From: Escherichia coli
GTDB lineage: Bacteria; Pseudomonadota; Gammaproteobacteria; Enterobacterales; Enterobacteriaceae
Assembly: GCF_003018255.1 (NCBI RefSeq)
Contig: NZ_CP027440.1
DNA: 64,000 nt
Reading direction: 5' to 3' (one strand)
This document shows, in pieces, positions 27,402-40,565 of the stretch (positions within the stretch are counted from its first letter, which is position 1; every line of letters begins with the position of its first letter). The notes beneath the pieces were generated by a model. That model saw only the letters and a program-made list of their open reading frames with translations. It searched no databases and was not told where the DNA came from. The position numbers were made by a program, and so were the translations under genes.

Positions 27402-28667
27402 TTAACCTGAACGACGACGATTACGCGGAGCACCAGTACGACGCGGACCATTGCCTGTACGCGGGCGCGTGAGGCGCAGCGGTTTTGGCAGATCGGTCAT
27501 CAATGCGTCCGGATTGTATTTGCTTACCGGAATTGAGTGACCAATATAGGTCTCAATAGCAGGCAAATTCAATGCATACTCTTCACATGCCAGGCTGATG
27601 GAATGACCACTTGCGCCAGCGCGACCTGTACGACCAATACGGTGAACGTAATCTTCACAGTCATCGGGTAAATCGTAGTTAAAGACGTGCGTCACAGCCG
27701 GGATATGCAGGCCACGCGCGGCAACATCGGTGGCAACCAGAATATCCAAATCACCACGGGTAAATTCATCAAGAATACGCAGACGTTTTTTCTGCGCGAC
27801 ATCGCCTGTCAACAAACCGACACGATGACCATCTGCCGCCAGGTGGCCCCAGATCTCTTCACAACGGTGTTTGGTGTTGGCGAAAATAATCGCTCTGTCT
27901 GGCCACTCTTCTTCGATCAGCGTTTGCAGCAAACGCATTTTTTCTTCGTTAGAAGGGTAGAAAAGCTCTTCTTTAATACGGTGGCCCGTTTTCTGTTCCG
28001 GTTCCACTTCAATATATTCGGCATTGTTCATCTGCTCGAACGCCAGTTCACGTACCCGGTACGAAAGCGTGGCGGAGAACAGCATGTTGAGGCGCTGGTT
28101 TGCAGGCGGCATACGGCGGAACAGCCAGCGGATATCTTTAATAAAGCCCAGATCGTACATACGATCGGCTTCGTCCAGTACCACTACCTGAATGGCACCG
28201 AGGTTAATGTGGTTCTGCTTGGCGTAGTCAATTAAACGCCCCGTGGTGCCAATCAGAATGTCAACGCCGCTTTCCAGCACTTTCAGCTGTTTGTCGTAGC
28301 CATCACCACCGTAAGCCAGACCCAGCTTCAGGCCGGTAGCTTGCGCAAGTGGCTCCGCGTCGGCGTGGATCTGCACGGCAAGTTCACGCGTCGGTGCCAT
28401 AATTAAGGCACGCGGTTGATTCACCTTGCGATCGGCAATCGCGGGATGAGAGAGAAGATAATGAAACGTTGACGTAAGAAACGCCATCGTTTTCCCGGTA
28501 CCGGTTTGCGCCTGCCCGGCTACGTCACGACCCGCCAGCGTCAGCGGAAGGGCCAGTGCCTGAATGGGCGTACAGTTATGAAACCCTTTTTTTTCAAGGG
28601 CTTCTACAACCTTCGGATGCAGGGCGAAGTCGGAAAACTTCTGTTCTGTTAAATGTGTTTTGCTCAT
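27402..28667 (-). CDS. rhlB: DEAD-box RNA helicase RhlB
   Basis: 421-aa ORF with Q-motif, Walker A AQTGTGKT and DEAD box VLDEADRM; Arg-rich C-terminus. Confidence 0.95.
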   Translation of the reverse strand: MSKTHLTEQKFSDFALHPKVVEALEKKGFHNCTPIQALALPLTLAGRDVAGQAQTGTGKTMAFLTSTFHYLLSHPAIADRKVNQPRALIMAPTRELAVQIHADAEPLAQATGLKLGLAYGGDGYDKQLKVLESGVDILIGTTGRLIDYAKQNHINLGAIQVVVLDEADRMYDLGFIKDIRWLFRRMPPANQRLNMLFSATLSYRVRELAFEQMNNAEYIEVEPEQKTGHRIKEELFYPSNEEKMRLLQTLIEEEWPDRAIIFANTKHRCEEIWGHLAADGHRVGLLTGDVAQKKRLRILDEFTRGDLDILVATDVAARGLHIPAVTHVFNYDLPDDCEDYVHRIGRTGRAGASGHSISLACEEYALNLPAIETYIGHSIPVSKYNPDALMTDLPKPLRLTRPRTGNGPRRTGAPRNRRRSG

Positions 28668-28797
28668 AGTGTGGTAGAATATCAGCTTACTATTGCTTTA
28701 CGAAAGCGTATCCGGTGAAATAAAGTCAACCTTTAGTTGGTTAATGTTACACCAACAACGAAACCAACACGCCAGGCTTATTCCTGTGGAGTTATAT

Positions 28798-29127
28798 ATG
28801 AGCGATAAAATTATTCACCTGACTGACGACAGTTTTGACACGGATGTACTCAAAGCGGACGGGGCGATCCTCGTCGATTTCTGGGCAGAGTGGTGCGGTC
28901 CGTGCAAAATGATCGCCCCGATTCTGGATGAAATCGCTGACGAATATCAGGGCAAACTGACCGTTGCAAAACTGAACATCGATCAAAACCCTGGCACTGC
29001 GCCGAAATATGGCATCCGTGGTATCCCGACTTTGCTGCTGTTCAAAAACGGTGAAGTGGCGGCAACCAAAGTGGGCGCACTGTCTAAAGGTCAGTTGAAA
29101 GAGTTCCTCGACGCTAACCTGGCGTAA
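28798..29127 (+). CDS. trxA: thioredoxin 1
   Basis: ORF 28693..29127; 109 aa from [18 protein letters not shown] with WCGPCK active site. Confidence 0.96.
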
Positions 29128-29267
29128 GGGAATTTCATGTTCGGGTGCCCCGTCGCTAAAAACTGGACGCCCGGCGTGAGTCATGCTAACTTAGTGTTGA
29201 CTTCGTATTAAACATACCTTATTAAGTTTGAATCTTGTAATTTCCAACGCTTCCCGTTTTATCTTAA

Positions 29268-29369
29268 ATGCGAAGTGAACAGATTTCTGGCTCGTCACTC
29301 AATCCGTCTTGTCGTTTCAGTTCTGCGTACTCTCCTGTGACCAGGCAGCGAAAAGACATGAGTCGATGA
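29268..29369 (+). CDS. rhoL: rho operon leader peptide
   Basis: 33-codon ORF MRSEQISGSSLNPSCRFSSAYSPVTRQRKDMSR upstream of rho. Confidence 0.75.
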   Translation: MRSEQISGSSLNPSCRFSSAYSPVTRQRKDMSR

Positions 29370-29453
29370 CCGTAAACAGGCATGGATGATCCTGCCATAC
29401 CATTCACAACATTAAGTTCGAGATTTACCCCAAGTTTAAGAACTCACACCACT

Positions 29454-30713
29454 ATGAATCTTACCGAATTAAAGAATACGCCGGTTTCTGAGCTGATCAC
29501 TCTCGGCGAAAATATGGGGCTGGAAAACCTGGCTCGTATGCGTAAGCAGGACATTATTTTTGCCATCCTGAAGCAGCACGCAAAGAGTGGCGAAGATATC
29601 TTTGGTGATGGTGTACTGGAGATATTGCAGGATGGATTTGGTTTCCTCCGTTCCGCAGACAGCTCCTACCTCGCCGGTCCTGATGACATCTACGTTTCCC
29701 CTAGCCAAATCCGCCGTTTCAACCTCCGCACTGGTGATACCATCTCTGGTAAGATTCGCCCGCCGAAAGAAGGTGAACGCTATTTTGCGCTGCTGAAAGT
29801 TAACGAAGTTAACTTCGACAAACCTGAAAACGCCCGCAACAAAATCCTCTTTGAGAACTTAACCCCGCTGCACGCAAACTCTCGTCTGCGTATGGAACGT
29901 GGTAACGGTTCTACTGAAGATTTAACCGCTCGCGTACTGGATCTGGCATCACCTATCGGTCGTGGTCAGCGTGGTCTGATTGTGGCACCGCCGAAAGCCG
30001 GTAAAACCATGCTGCTGCAGAACATTGCTCAGAGCATTGCTTACAACCACCCGGATTGTGTGCTGATGGTTCTGCTGATCGACGAACGTCCGGAAGAAGT
30101 AACCGAGATGCAGCGTCTGGTAAAAGGTGAAGTTGTTGCTTCTACCTTTGACGAACCAGCATCTCGCCACGTTCAGGTCGCGGAAATGGTGATCGAGAAG
30201 GCGAAACGCCTTGTTGAGCACAAGAAAGACGTTATCATCCTGCTCGACTCCATCACTCGTCTGGCGCGCGCTTACAACACCGTTGTTCCGGCGTCAGGTA
30301 AAGTGCTGACCGGTGGTGTGGATGCCAACGCCCTGCATCGTCCGAAACGCTTCTTCGGTGCGGCGCGTAACGTGGAAGAGGGCGGCAGCCTGACCATCAT
30401 CGCTACCGCGCTTATCGATACCGGTTCCAAGATGGACGAAGTTATCTACGAAGAGTTTAAAGGTACAGGCAACATGGAACTGCACCTCTCTCGTAAGATC
30501 GCTGAAAAACGCGTCTTCCCGGCAATCGACTACAACCGTTCCGGTACCCGTAAAGAAGAGCTGCTCACTACTCAGGAAGAACTGCAGAAAATGTGGATCC
30601 TGCGCAAAATCATTCACCCGATGGGCGAAATCGATGCAATGGAATTCCTCATTAATAAACTGGCAATGACCAAGACCAATGACGATTTCTTCGAAATGAT
30701 GAAACGCTCATAA
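29454..30713 (+). CDS. rho: transcription termination factor Rho
   Basis: ORF 29382..30713; 419 aa from [22 protein letters not shown]; P-loop [10 protein letters not shown]. Confidence 0.97.
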
Positions 30714-30725
30714 ATTTGTCTTATG

Positions 30726-30762
30726 CCAAAAACGCCACGTGTTTACGTGGCGTTTTGCTTTT
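30726..30762 (+). terminator. rho-independent terminator after rho
   Basis: Hairpin aaacgccacgtgtttacgtggcgttt followed by a T-rich tract. Confidence 0.8.
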
Positions 30763-30952
30763 ATATCTGTAATCTTAATGCCGCGCTGGCAATGTTAGGA
30801 AAATTCCTGGATTTTGCTGGTGTGTTATGCAATTTGCATATCAAATGGTTAATTTTTGCACAGGACTGGTGGGTTCGGAACGGACTTTCCCTTCTGAATA
30901 AAGGTCTTCGTGGTTATACTTCTGCTAATAATTTTCTCTGAGAGCATGCATT

Positions 30953-32056
30953 GTGAATTTACTGACAGTGAGTACTGATCTCATCAGTATTTTTTTATTC
31001 ACGACACTGTTTCTGTTTTTTGCCCGTAAGGTGGCAAAAAAAGTCGGTTTAGTGGATAAACCTAACTTCCGCAAACGTCACCAGGGATTGATACCTCTCG
31101 TTGGGGGGATTTCGGTTTACGCAGGGATTTGCTTCACGTTCGGAATTGTCGATTACTATATTCCGCATGCATCTCTCTATCTCGCTTGTGCTGGTGTGCT
31201 TGTTTTCATTGGCGCGCTGGATGACCGTTTTGATATCAGCGTAAAAATCCGTGCCACCATACAGGCCGCTGTTGGCATTGTTATGATGGTGTTCGGCAAA
31301 CTTTATCTCAGTAGCCTGGGTTATATCTTTGGCTCCTGGGAGATGGTGCTCGGACCGTTTGGTTACTTCCTGACGCTATTTGCCGTCTGGGCGGCCATTA
31401 ATGCGTTCAACATGGTTGATGGCATTGATGGCTTGCTGGGTGGGTTGTCCTGCGTCTCGTTTGCAGCAATCGGTATGATTTTGTGGTTCGACGGGCAAAC
31501 CAGTCTCGCAATCTGGTGCTTTGCGATGATCGCCGCCATCCTGCCATACATCATGCTTAACCTTGGTATCCTGGGTCGCCGCTACAAAGTCTTTATGGGG
31601 GATGCGGGCAGTACGCTGATTGGTTTTACCGTTATCTGGATCCTGCTCGAAACGACCCAGGGCAAAACTCATCCCATCAGCCCGGTTACCGCTTTGTGGA
31701 TAATCGCCATTCCGCTAATGGATATGGTGGCGATTATGTACCGTCGCCTGCGTAAAGGCATGAGCCCATTCTCTCCAGACCGTCAGCATATTCACCATTT
31801 GATCATGCGTGCCGGGTTTACTTCCCGCCAGGCGTTTGTGCTGATTACCCTTGCCGCAGCACTGCTCGCTTCCATTGGCGTGCTGGCAGAATATTCTCAT
31901 TTTGTCCCGGAGTGGGTCATGCTGGTGCTCTTTTTGCTAGCATTCTTCCTCTATGGATATTGCATCAAGCGTGCCTGGAAAGTTGCTCGCTTTATTAAGC
32001 GCGTAAAACGCAGACTGCGTAGAAATCGTGGTGGCAGCCCCAATTTAACCAAATAA
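30953..32056 (+). CDS. wecA: UDP-GlcNAc:undecaprenyl-phosphate GlcNAc-1-phosphate transferase
   Basis: 367-aa polytopic membrane ORF; first gene of the ECA cluster; start per ORF track (non-ATG). Confidence 0.93.
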   Translation: MNLLTVSTDLISIFLFTTLFLFFARKVAKKVGLVDKPNFRKRHQGLIPLVGGISVYAGICFTFGIVDYYIPHASLYLACAGVLVFIGALDDRFDISVKIRATIQAAVGIVMMVFGKLYLSSLGYIFGSWEMVLGPFGYFLTLFAVWAAINAFNMVDGIDGLLGGLSCVSFAAIGMILWFDGQTSLAIWCFAMIAAILPYIMLNLGILGRRYKVFMGDAGSTLIGFTVIWILLETTQGKTHPISPVTALWIIAIPLMDMVAIMYRRLRKGMSPFSPDRQHIHHLIMRAGFTSRQAFVLITLAAALLASIGVLAEYSHFVPEWVMLVLFLLAFFLYGYCIKRAWKVARFIKRVKRRLRRNRGGSPNLTK

Positions 32057-32067
32057 ATGAGGATGTG

Positions 32068-33114
32068 ATGACACAACCAATGCCTGGGAAACCGGCCGAA
32101 GACGCTGAAAATGAACTGGATATTCGTGGGTTGTTTCGTACCTTGTGGGCTGGGAAGCTGTGGATTATTGGCATGGGGCTGGCGTTTGCGTTAATCGCGC
32201 TGGCGTATACTTTTTTTGCTCGCCAGGAGTGGAGCTCGACAGCGATTACCGATCGTCCAACGGTGAATATGCTGGGGGGATATTACTCACAGCAGCAATT
32301 TTTGCGTAACCTGGATGTCCGTTCAAACATGGCTTCTGCCGACCAACCATCGGTCATGGACGAAGCTTATAAAGAGTTTGTTATGCAACTGGCCTCGTGG
32401 GATACCCGCAGAGAGTTCTGGCTGCAAACCGACTATTACAAACAGCGGATGGTGGGCAACAGCAAAGCCGATGCGGCGTTGCTGGATGAAATGATCAACA
32501 ACATCGTGTTTATTCCCGGTGACTTCACCCGCGCGGTCAATGACAGCGTGAAGCTGATTGCCGAAACTGCGCCTGACGCTAATAACCTGTTACGTCAGTA
32601 TGTTGCTTTTGCCAGCCAGCGTGCAGCCAGCCATCTGAATGATGAGCTGAAAGGCGCATGGGCGGCACGCACCATCCAGATGAAAGCTCAGGTGAAGCGT
32701 CAGGAAGAGGTGGCGAAAGCCATCTACGATCGCCGGATGAACAGTATTGAACAGGCGCTGAAAATTGCTGAGCAGCATAATATTTCGCGCAGTGCGACAG
32801 ATGTGCCTGCCGAGGAATTACCTGATTCAGAAATGTTCCTGCTTGGGCGTCCAATGCTCCAGGCTCGACTGGAAAATTTACAGGCCGTCGGTCCGGCCTT
32901 TGATCTCGACTATGATCAGAATCGGGCCATGTTAAACACCCTGAATGTTGGTCCAACCCTGGATCCGCGTTTTCAGACCTATCGCTATTTTCGTACGCCG
33001 GAAGAACCGGTAAAACGCGATAGCCCACGTCGTGCCTTCCTGATGATTATGTGGGGCATTGTCGGGGGACTGATCGGGGCTGGTGTCGCATTAACCCGCC
33101 GTTGCTCGAAATAG
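32068..33114 (+). CDS. wzzE: ECA polysaccharide chain-length modulator
   Basis: 348 aa from [27 protein letters not shown]; N- and C-terminal TM segments. Confidence 0.92.
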   Translation: MTQPMPGKPAEDAENELDIRGLFRTLWAGKLWIIGMGLAFALIALAYTFFARQEWSSTAITDRPTVNMLGGYYSQQQFLRNLDVRSNMASADQPSVMDEAYKEFVMQLASWDTRREFWLQTDYYKQRMVGNSKADAALLDEMINNIVFIPGDFTRAVNDSVKLIAETAPDANNLLRQYVAFASQRAASHLNDELKGAWAARTIQMKAQVKRQEEVAKAIYDRRMNSIEQALKIAEQHNISRSATDVPAEELPDSEMFLLGRPMLQARLENLQAVGPAFDLDYDQNRAMLNTLNVGPTLDPRFQTYRYFRTPEEPVKRDSPRRAFLMIMWGIVGGLIGAGVALTRRCSK

Positions 33115-33169
33115 CAACACTGCTGCGGTGAGCGCAAAGGCGCTCGCCGCTTATTCGAAGAGAATCGAT

Positions 33170-34300
33170 GTGAAAGTACTGACTGTATTTGGTACGCGCC
33201 CGGAAGCCATCAAGATGGCGCCGTTGGTGCATGCGTTGGCAAAAGATCCTTTTTTTGAGGCTAAAGTTTGCGTCACTGCGCAGCATCGGGAGATGCTCGA
33301 TCAGGTGCTGAAACTCTTTTCCATTGTACCTGACTACGATCTCAACATAATGCAGCCAGGACAGGGCCTTACAGAGATAACCTGTCGGATTCTGGAAGGG
33401 CTAAAACCTATTCTTGCCGAGTTCAAACCAGACGTCGTGCTGGTTCACGGCGATACTACGACGACGCTGGCAACCAGCCTGGCGGCGTTTTATCAGCGTA
33501 TTCCTGTTGGTCACGTTGAGGCTGGTCTGCGCACGGGCGATCTCTATTCGCCGTGGCCGGAAGAGGCTAACCGTACATTGACCGGGCATCTGGCGATGTA
33601 TCACTTCTCTCCAACCGAAACTTCCCGGCAAAACTTGCTGCGTGAAAACGTTGCGGATAGCCGAATCTTCATTACTGGTAATACAGTCATTGATGCACTG
33701 TTATGGGTGCGTGACCAGGTGATGAGCAGCGACACGCTGCGTTCAGAACTGGCGGCAAATTACCCGTTTATCGACCCCAATAAAAAAATGATTCTGGTGA
33801 CCGGTCACAGGCGTGAGAGCTTCGGTCGTGGCTTTGAAGAAATCTGCCATGCGCTGGCAGACATCGCCACCACGCACCAGGACATCCAGATTGTCTATCC
33901 GGTGCATCTCAACCCGAACGTCAGAGAGCCGGTCAATCGCATTCTGGGGCACGTGAAAAATGTCATTCTGATCGATCCCCAGGAGTATTTACCGTTTGTC
34001 TGGCTGATGAACCACGCCTGGCTGATTTTGACCGACTCAGGCGGCATTCAGGAAGAAGCGCCTTCGCTGGGGAAACCGGTGCTGGTAATGCGCGATACCA
34101 CTGAGCGTCCGGAAGCGGTGACGGCGGGTACGGTGCGTCTGGTAGGCACGGATAAGCAGCGAATTGTCGAGGAAGTGACGCGTCTTTTAAAAGACGAAAA
34201 CGAATATCAAGCTATGAGCCGCGCCCATAACCCGTATGGTGATGGTCAGGCATGCTCTCGCATTCTGGAAGCGTTAAAAAATAATCGGATATCACTATGA
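33170..34300 (+). CDS. wecB: UDP-N-acetylglucosamine 2-epimerase
   Basis: ORF 33128..34300; 376 aa from an in-frame GTG ([20 protein letters not shown]). Confidence 0.92.
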   Translation: MKVLTVFGTRPEAIKMAPLVHALAKDPFFEAKVCVTAQHREMLDQVLKLFSIVPDYDLNIMQPGQGLTEITCRILEGLKPILAEFKPDVVLVHGDTTTTLATSLAAFYQRIPVGHVEAGLRTGDLYSPWPEEANRTLTGHLAMYHFSPTETSRQNLLRENVADSRIFITGNTVIDALLWVRDQVMSSDTLRSELAANYPFIDPNKKMILVTGHRRESFGRGFEEICHALADIATTHQDIQIVYPVHLNPNVREPVNRILGHVKNVILIDPQEYLPFVWLMNHAWLILTDSGGIQEEAPSLGKPVLVMRDTTERPEAVTAGTVRLVGTDKQRIVEEVTRLLKDENEYQAMSRAHNPYGDGQACSRILEALKNNRISL

Positions 34301-35559
34301 GTTTTGCGACCATTTCTGTTATCGGACTGGGTTACATCGGGCTGCCTACAGCAGCTGCGTTTGCCTCTCGGCAAAAACAGGTGATTGGTGTCGATATCAA
34401 CCAACACGCAGTTGATACCATCAATCGTGGCGAAATCCATATCGTCGAACCTGATTTGGCGAGCGTAGTAAAAACTGCCGTAGAAGGCGGTTTTTTACGA
34501 GCGAGCACGACGCCAGTTGAAGCGGATGCCTGGCTGATTGCTGTACCCACGCCGTTTAAAGGCGATCATGAGCCAGATATGACCTACGTTGAATCGGCTG
34601 CTCGCTCCATTGCGCCAGTGCTGAAAAAAGGCGCGCTGGTGATCCTTGAATCCACCTCGCCGGTGGGGTCAACCGAGAAGATGGCAGAATGGTTAGCAGA
34701 GATGCGTCCAGATCTCACTTTCCCACAGCAGGTGGGTGAGTTGGCGGACGTCAACATTGCTTACTGCCCGGAACGCGTGTTACCGGGCCAGGTTATGGTC
34801 GAGCTGATTAAAAACGATCGCGTGATTGGTGGTATGACGCCGGTTTGTTCGGCCCGCGCCAGCGAACTGTACAAAATTTTCCTCGAAGGTGAGTGTGTCG
34901 TCACTAACTCGCGGACGGCGGAAATGTGTAAGCTCACCGAAAACAGCTTCCGCGATGTGAATATCGCTTTTGCTAACGAACTGTCGCTGATTTGTGCCGA
35001 TCAGGGAATTAACGTCTGGGAACTGATTCGCCTGGCGAATCGTCACCCTCGCGTTAATATTCTTCAGCCTGGTCCTGGCGTGGGCGGTCACTGCATTGCT
35101 GTTGATCCGTGGTTTATCGTGGCACAGAACCCGCAGCAGGCGCGGCTTATCCGTACCGCGCGCGAAGTGAACGATCACAAACCGTTCTGGGTTATCGATC
35201 AGGTGAAAGCGGCGGTTGCCGACTGCCTTGCTGCTACCGATAAACGCGCCAGTGAACTGAAAATCGCCTGCTTTGGTCTGGCGTTTAAACCGAATATTGA
35301 TGACCTGCGCGAAAGCCCGGCGATGGAAATCGCTGAACTGATCGCCCAGTGGCATAGCGGCGAAACTCTGGTTGTTGAGCCTAACATCCACCAGTTGCCG
35401 AAAAAACTGACCGGGCTTTGTACTCTGGCGCAGCTTGACGAGGCGCTGGCAACGGCAGACGTGCTGGTGATGCTGGTCGATCATAGTCAGTTCAAAGTTA
35501 TCAATGGCGACAATGTCCATCAGCAGTATGTCGTCGATGCCAAAGGAGTCTGGCGCTGA
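34297..35559 (+). CDS. wecC: UDP-N-acetyl-D-mannosamine dehydrogenase
   Basis: 420-aa ORF with N-terminal Rossmann GxGxxG ([18 protein letters not shown]). Confidence 0.93.
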   Translation: MSFATISVIGLGYIGLPTAAAFASRQKQVIGVDINQHAVDTINRGEIHIVEPDLASVVKTAVEGGFLRASTTPVEADAWLIAVPTPFKGDHEPDMTYVESAARSIAPVLKKGALVILESTSPVGSTEKMAEWLAEMRPDLTFPQQVGELADVNIAYCPERVLPGQVMVELIKNDRVIGGMTPVCSARASELYKIFLEGECVVTNSRTAEMCKLTENSFRDVNIAFANELSLICADQGINVWELIRLANRHPRVNILQPGPGVGGHCIAVDPWFIVAQNPQQARLIRTAREVNDHKPFWVIDQVKAAVADCLAATDKRASELKIACFGLAFKPNIDDLRESPAMEIAELIAQWHSGETLVVEPNIHQLPKKLTGLCTLAQLDEALATADVLVMLVDHSQFKVINGDNVHQQYVVDAKGVWR

Positions 35560-36626
35560 TGAGAAAAATTCTGATAACAGGTGGTGCCGGGTTTATTGGC
35601 TCGGCGCTGGTGCGTTATATCATCAACGAAACGAGCGACGCGGTGGTAGTGGTCGATAAGCTGACCTACGCCGGAAATCTGATGTCGCTGGCACCGGTCG
35701 CGCAAAGCGAGCGCTTTGCCTTTGAGAAAGTTGATATCTGCGATCGGGCAGAACTGGCGCGCGTATTCACTGAGCATCAGCCAGACTGTGTCATGCATCT
35801 GGCAGCCGAAAGCCATGTTGACCGTTCTATTGACGGCCCGGCAGCGTTTGTTGAAACCAACATTGTCGGGACTTATACATTGCTTGAAGCGGCGCGGGCT
35901 TACTGGAATGCGCTGACGGAAGATAAAAAATCAGCGTTCCGTTTTCATCATATCTCTACCGACGAAGTATATGGTGACCTGCACTCGACGGATGATTTCT
36001 TCACCGAAACCACGCCGTATGCGCCGAGCAGCCCTTATTCCGCGTCAAAAGCCAGCAGCGACCATCTGGTGCGCGCCTGGCTGCGGACCTATGGTCTGCC
36101 GACGCTTATCACCAACTGCTCGAATAACTACGGCCCTTACCACTTTCCGGAAAAACTGATCCCGCTGATGATCCTCAACGCGCTGGCGGGTAAACCGCTG
36201 CCGGTATATGGCAACGGGCAGCAAATCCGTGACTGGCTGTATGTTGATGATCACGCCCGCGCGCTGTATTGCGTGGCGACCACAGGGAAAGTCGGTGAAA
36301 CCTATAATATTGGTGGTCACAACGAGCGTAAGAATCTCGATGTTGTGGAAACCATTTGCGAGCTGCTGGAAGAACTGGCTCCGAATAAGCCGCACGGCGT
36401 GGCGCACTATCGTGACCTGATCACCTTTGTCGCTGACCGTCCGGGGCATGATCTGCGTTATGCCATTGATGCTTCGAAAATTGCCCGTGAACTTGGCTGG
36501 CTGCCGCAGGAAACCTTTGAAAGTGGAATGCGTAAAACGGTGCAGTGGTATCTGGCTAATGAAAGCTGGTGTAAGCAGGTGCAGGACGGCAGCTATCAGG
36601 GCGAGCGTTTAGGTCTGAAAGGCTAA
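35559..36626 (+). CDS. rffG: dTDP-glucose 4,6-dehydratase
   Basis: 355-aa ORF, SDR fold [22 protein letters not shown]. Confidence 0.93.
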   Translation: MRKILITGGAGFIGSALVRYIINETSDAVVVVDKLTYAGNLMSLAPVAQSERFAFEKVDICDRAELARVFTEHQPDCVMHLAAESHVDRSIDGPAAFVETNIVGTYTLLEAARAYWNALTEDKKSAFRFHHISTDEVYGDLHSTDDFFTETTPYAPSSPYSASKASSDHLVRAWLRTYGLPTLITNCSNNYGPYHFPEKLIPLMILNALAGKPLPVYGNGQQIRDWLYVDDHARALYCVATTGKVGETYNIGGHNERKNLDVVETICELLEELAPNKPHGVAHYRDLITFVADRPGHDLRYAIDASKIARELGWLPQETFESGMRKTVQWYLANESWCKQVQDGSYQGERLGLKG

Positions 36627-36644
36627 TTTTCAGCGGAGGTAAAC

Positions 36645-37526
36645 ATGAAAGGTATTATCCTGGCGGGCGGTTCCGGCACCCGATTGCATCCGATTACGCG
36701 CGGCGTATCGAAGCAACTGTTGCCGATTTACGATAAGCCAATGATTTACTATCCGCTGTCGGTGCTGATGCTGGCCGGTATCCGCGAAATTCTCATCATC
36801 ACTACGCCGGAAGATAAAGGTTATTTCCAGCGCCTGCTGGGCGATGGTAGTGAGTTCGGTATCCAGCTGGAATATGCCGAGCAGCCCAGTCCGGACGGTC
36901 TGGCGCAGGCCTTTATCATCGGTGAAACCTTCCTCAACGGTGAACCTTCTTGTCTGGTGCTGGGCGATAACATCTTCTTCGGACAGGGCTTCAGTCCGAA
37001 GCTGCGTCATGTTGCGGCGCGCACGCAAGGCGCGACGGTATTTGGCTATCAGGTGATGGATCCGGAACGCTTTGGCGTCGTGGAGTTTGACGACAATTTC
37101 CGCGCTATCTCGCTGGAAGAAAAGCCAAAACAGCCGAAGTCAAACTGGGCGGTGACCGGGCTTTATTTCTACGACAGTAAAGTCGTGGAGTACGCAAAGC
37201 AGGTGAAGCCGTCGGAGCGTGGTGAACTGGAGATTACCTCCATCAACCAGATGTACCTCGAGGCGGGCAACCTGACCGTTGAACTGCTCGGGCGCGGATT
37301 TGCCTGGCTGGACACTGGCACTCACGACAGCCTGATTGAAGCCAGCACCTTTGTACAGACGGTGGAAAAACGCCAGGGCTTTAAGATTGCCTGCCTGGAA
37401 GAGATCGCCTGGCGTAACGGCTGGCTTGATGACGAAGGCGTGAAGCGCGCCGCCAGCTCGCTGGCGAAAACTGGCTACGGCCAATATCTGCTGGAGTTAC
37501 TTCGTGCCCGTCCGCGCCAGTATTGA
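36645..37526 (+). CDS. rffH: glucose-1-phosphate thymidylyltransferase
   Basis: 293-aa [42 protein letters not shown]. Confidence 0.93.
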   Translation: MKGIILAGGSGTRLHPITRGVSKQLLPIYDKPMIYYPLSVLMLAGIREILIITTPEDKGYFQRLLGDGSEFGIQLEYAEQPSPDGLAQAFIIGETFLNGEPSCLVLGDNIFFGQGFSPKLRHVAARTQGATVFGYQVMDPERFGVVEFDDNFRAISLEEKPKQPKSNWAVTGLYFYDSKVVEYAKQVKPSERGELEITSINQMYLEAGNLTVELLGRGFAWLDTGTHDSLIEASTFVQTVEKRQGFKIACLEEIAWRNGWLDDEGVKRAASSLAKTGYGQYLLELLRARPRQY

Positions 37527-38178
37527 GCCACTAACCTGGGAAAACGCCTTCTTTGGTGTTAACAGCGCCATTGTGCGCATTAGTCCTGAAGCACCGCTCC
37601 TGACGCCAGACGCCTTAGCGCCGTGGTCACGGGTGCAGGCCAAAATTGCGGCATCAAATACGGATGAACTGGATGCCTTGCAACAGCTGGGATTCTCCCT
37701 GGTAGAAGGTGAAGTTGATTTGGCGCTACCCGTAAACAATGTCAGTGATAGTGGTGCTGTAGTGGCACAAGAGACCGATATTCCCGCATTACGTCAGTTA
37801 GCCAGCGCCGCATTTGCGCAAAGCCGTTTTCGTGCGCCGTGGTATGCGCCTGACGCCAGCGGTCGCTTTTATGCACAGTGGATTGAAAATGCCGTGCGCG
37901 GCACCTTTGATCATCAATGCCTCATTTTACGTTCGGCGTCCGGCGATATTCGTGGCTATGTCTCTTTACGGGAACTCAATGCGACAGATGCGCGAATTGG
38001 CCTGCTGGCTGGACGCGGTGCAGGTGCTGAGCTGATGCAAACAGCGCTAAACTGGGCGTATGCTCGCGGTAAAACAACTTTGCGGGTGGCGACCCAAATG
38101 GGCAACACCGCCGCGCTAAAACGATACATACAAAGTGGTGCGAATGTAGAAAGCACCGCGTACTGGTTATACAGGTGA
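37504..38178 (+). CDS. wecD: dTDP-fucosamine acetyltransferase
   Basis: 224-aa ORF overlapping the rffH 3' end; position in ECA cluster; GNAT-like C-terminal half. Confidence 0.85.
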   Translation: MPVRASIEPLTWENAFFGVNSAIVRISPEAPLLTPDALAPWSRVQAKIAASNTDELDALQQLGFSLVEGEVDLALPVNNVSDSGAVVAQETDIPALRQLASAAFAQSRFRAPWYAPDASGRFYAQWIENAVRGTFDHQCLILRSASGDIRGYVSLRELNATDARIGLLAGRGAGAELMQTALNWAYARGKTTLRVATQMGNTAALKRYIQSGANVESTAYWLYR

Positions 38179-38182
38179 TCAC

Positions 38183-39313
38183 ATGATTCCATTTAACGCA
38201 CCGCCGGTGGTGGGAACCGAACTCGACTATATGCAGTCGGCAATGGGTAGTGGCAAACTGTGTGGCGATGGCGGTTTTACCCGTCGCTGCCAGCAGTGGC
38301 TGGAGCAACGTTTTGGCAGCGCCAAAGTGTTACTGACGCCATCCTGCACCGCTTCGCTGGAGATGGCGGCGCTGCTGCTCGATATCCAGCCTGGCGATGA
38401 AGTGATCATGCCGAGCTACACCTTTGTCTCCACCGCCAATGCCTTTGTGCTGCGTGGCGCAAAAATCGTTTTTGTGGATGTTCGCCCGGACACCATGAAC
38501 ATCGACGAAACGCTGATTGAAGCGGCGATCACCGACAAAACGCGCGTTATCGTGCCGGTCCATTACGCGGGTGTGGCCTGCGAAATGGACACCATTATGG
38601 CGTTGGCGAAAAAGCATAATCTGTTTGTGGTGGAAGATGCTGCTCAGGGCGTGATGTCCACTTACAAAGGGCGTGCACTGGGAACCATTGGTCATATTGG
38701 CTGCTTTAGCTTCCATGAAACCAAAAACTACACGGCGGGCGGTGAAGGCGGCGCGACGCTGATTAACGATAAAGCGTTGATCGAACGAGCCGAGATCATC
38801 CGTGAAAAAGGCACAAACCGCAGCCAGTTCTTCCGTGGTCAGGTCGATAAATATACCTGGCGCGATATTGGCTCCAGCTATTTGATGTCCGATCTGCAAG
38901 CTGCGTACCTGTGGGCGCAACTGGAAGCAGCGGATCGTATCAATCAGCAACGTCTGGCGCTGTGGCAAAACTACTACGATGCGTTAGCACCTCTGGCGAA
39001 AGCCGGGCGTATCGAGCTGCCGTCGATTCCCGATGGCTGCGTGCAGAACGCGCATATGTTCTACATTAAACTGCGGGATATTGATGACCGGAGCGCGTTG
39101 ATTAACTTTCTGAAAGAAGCGGAAATCATGGCGGTGTTCCATTACATTCCGCTGCACGGTTGCCCTGCGGGGGAACGCTTTGGTGAGTTCCACGGTGAAG
39201 ATCGCTACACCACCAAAGAGAGCGAGCGCCTGCTGCGCCTGCCGCTGTTCTACAACCTGTCGCCCGTCAATCAGCGTACGGTAATTGCGACTTTGTTGAA
39301 CTACTTCTCCTGA
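38183..39313 (+). CDS. wecE: dTDP-4-amino-4,6-dideoxygalactose transaminase
   Basis: 376-aa ORF of DegT/DnrJ-type aminotransferase character. Confidence 0.92.
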   Translation: MIPFNAPPVVGTELDYMQSAMGSGKLCGDGGFTRRCQQWLEQRFGSAKVLLTPSCTASLEMAALLLDIQPGDEVIMPSYTFVSTANAFVLRGAKIVFVDVRPDTMNIDETLIEAAITDKTRVIVPVHYAGVACEMDTIMALAKKHNLFVVEDAAQGVMSTYKGRALGTIGHIGCFSFHETKNYTAGGEGGATLINDKALIERAEIIREKGTNRSQFFRGQVDKYTWRDIGSSYLMSDLQAAYLWAQLEAADRINQQRLALWQNYYDALAPLAKAGRIELPSIPDGCVQNAHMFYIKLRDIDDRSALINFLKEAEIMAVFHYIPLHGCPAGERFGEFHGEDRYTTKESERLLRLPLFYNLSPVNQRTVIATLLNYFS

Positions 39314-39314
39314 T

Positions 39315-40565
39315 ATGTCGTTGGCAAAAGCGTCCTTGTGGACGGCGGCCAGTACACTGGTCAAGATTGGTGCCGGGTTACTGGTCGGTAAGTTGCTGGC
39401 GGTGTCATTTGGTCCGGCGGGGCTTGGGCTGGCGGCAAATTTCCGCCAGTTGATTACCGTGCTCGGCGTGCTTGCCGGGGCGGGCATCTTTAATGGCGTA
39501 ACCAAATACGTTGCTCAGTACCATGATAATCCGCAGCAGCTGCGCCGCGTGGTCGGCACTTCATCAGCGATGGTACTTGGTTTCTCTACGCTGATGGCGC
39601 TGGTTTTTGTGCTGGCAGCTGCGCCAATCAGCCAGGGATTGTTTGGTAATACCGACTATCAGGGGCTGGTGCGTTTAGTGGCGCTGGTGCAAATGGGGAT
39701 CGCCTGGGGCAACCTGTTACTGGCGCTGATGAAAGGCTTTCGCGATGCCGCAGGTAATGCGTTATCCCTGATTGTCGGCAGCTTGATTGGCGTTCTCGCG
39801 TACTACGTCAGTTACCGTTTGGGCGGTTATGAAGGGGCGTTGCTGGGGCTGGCGTTGATTCCCGCGCTGGTGGTGATTCCTGCCGTCATCATGCTAATTA
39901 AGCGTGGTGCAATCCCGTTAAGCTATCTGAAACCCAGCTGGGATAACGGCCTGGCAGGGCAGTTGAGCAAATTTACGCTCATGGCGTTGATTACGTCGGT
40001 GACCTTGCCTGTTGCTTACATCATGATGCGTAAACTGCTGGCGGCGCAGTATAGCTGGGATGAGGTGGGGATCTGGCAAGGGGTGAGCAGTATTTCCGAT
40101 GCCTACCTGCAATTTATTACGGCATCGTTCAGCGTATATTTGCTGCCCACGTTGTCGCGGCTAACGGAAAAGCGCGATATCACCCGGGAAGTGGTTAAAT
40201 CGCTGAAATTCGTCTTACCGGCAGTGGCGGCGGCGAGTTTTACCGTCTGGTTGCTGCGTGATTTTGCTATCTGGCTGCTGTTGTCGAATAAATTTACCGC
40301 TATGCGCGATCTCTTTGCCTGGCAGTTAGTGGGTGATGTGTTAAAAGTGGGCGCTTATGTCTTTGGTTATCTGGTGATCGCCAAAGCGTCACTGCGGTTT
40401 TATATTCTGGCGGAAGTCAGCCAGTTCACTTTATTGATGGTATTTGCCCACTGGCTAATCCCTGCGCATGGTGCACTGGGCGCGGCGCAGGCCTATATGG
40501 CAACCTATATCGTCTATTTTTCTCTTTGTTGTGGCGTGTTTTTACTCTGGCGTAGGCGGGCATGA
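39315..40565 (+). CDS. wzxE: ECA lipid III flippase
   Basis: 416-aa polytopic membrane ORF. Confidence 0.9.
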   Translation: MSLAKASLWTAASTLVKIGAGLLVGKLLAVSFGPAGLGLAANFRQLITVLGVLAGAGIFNGVTKYVAQYHDNPQQLRRVVGTSSAMVLGFSTLMALVFVLAAAPISQGLFGNTDYQGLVRLVALVQMGIAWGNLLLALMKGFRDAAGNALSLIVGSLIGVLAYYVSYRLGGYEGALLGLALIPALVVIPAVIMLIKRGAIPLSYLKPSWDNGLAGQLSKFTLMALITSVTLPVAYIMMRKLLAAQYSWDEVGIWQGVSSISDAYLQFITASFSVYLLPTLSRLTEKRDITREVVKSLKFVLPAVAAASFTVWLLRDFAIWLLLSNKFTAMRDLFAWQLVGDVLKVGAYVFGYLVIAKASLRFYILAEVSQFTLLMVFAHWLIPAHGALGAAQAYMATYIVYFSLCCGVFLLWRRRA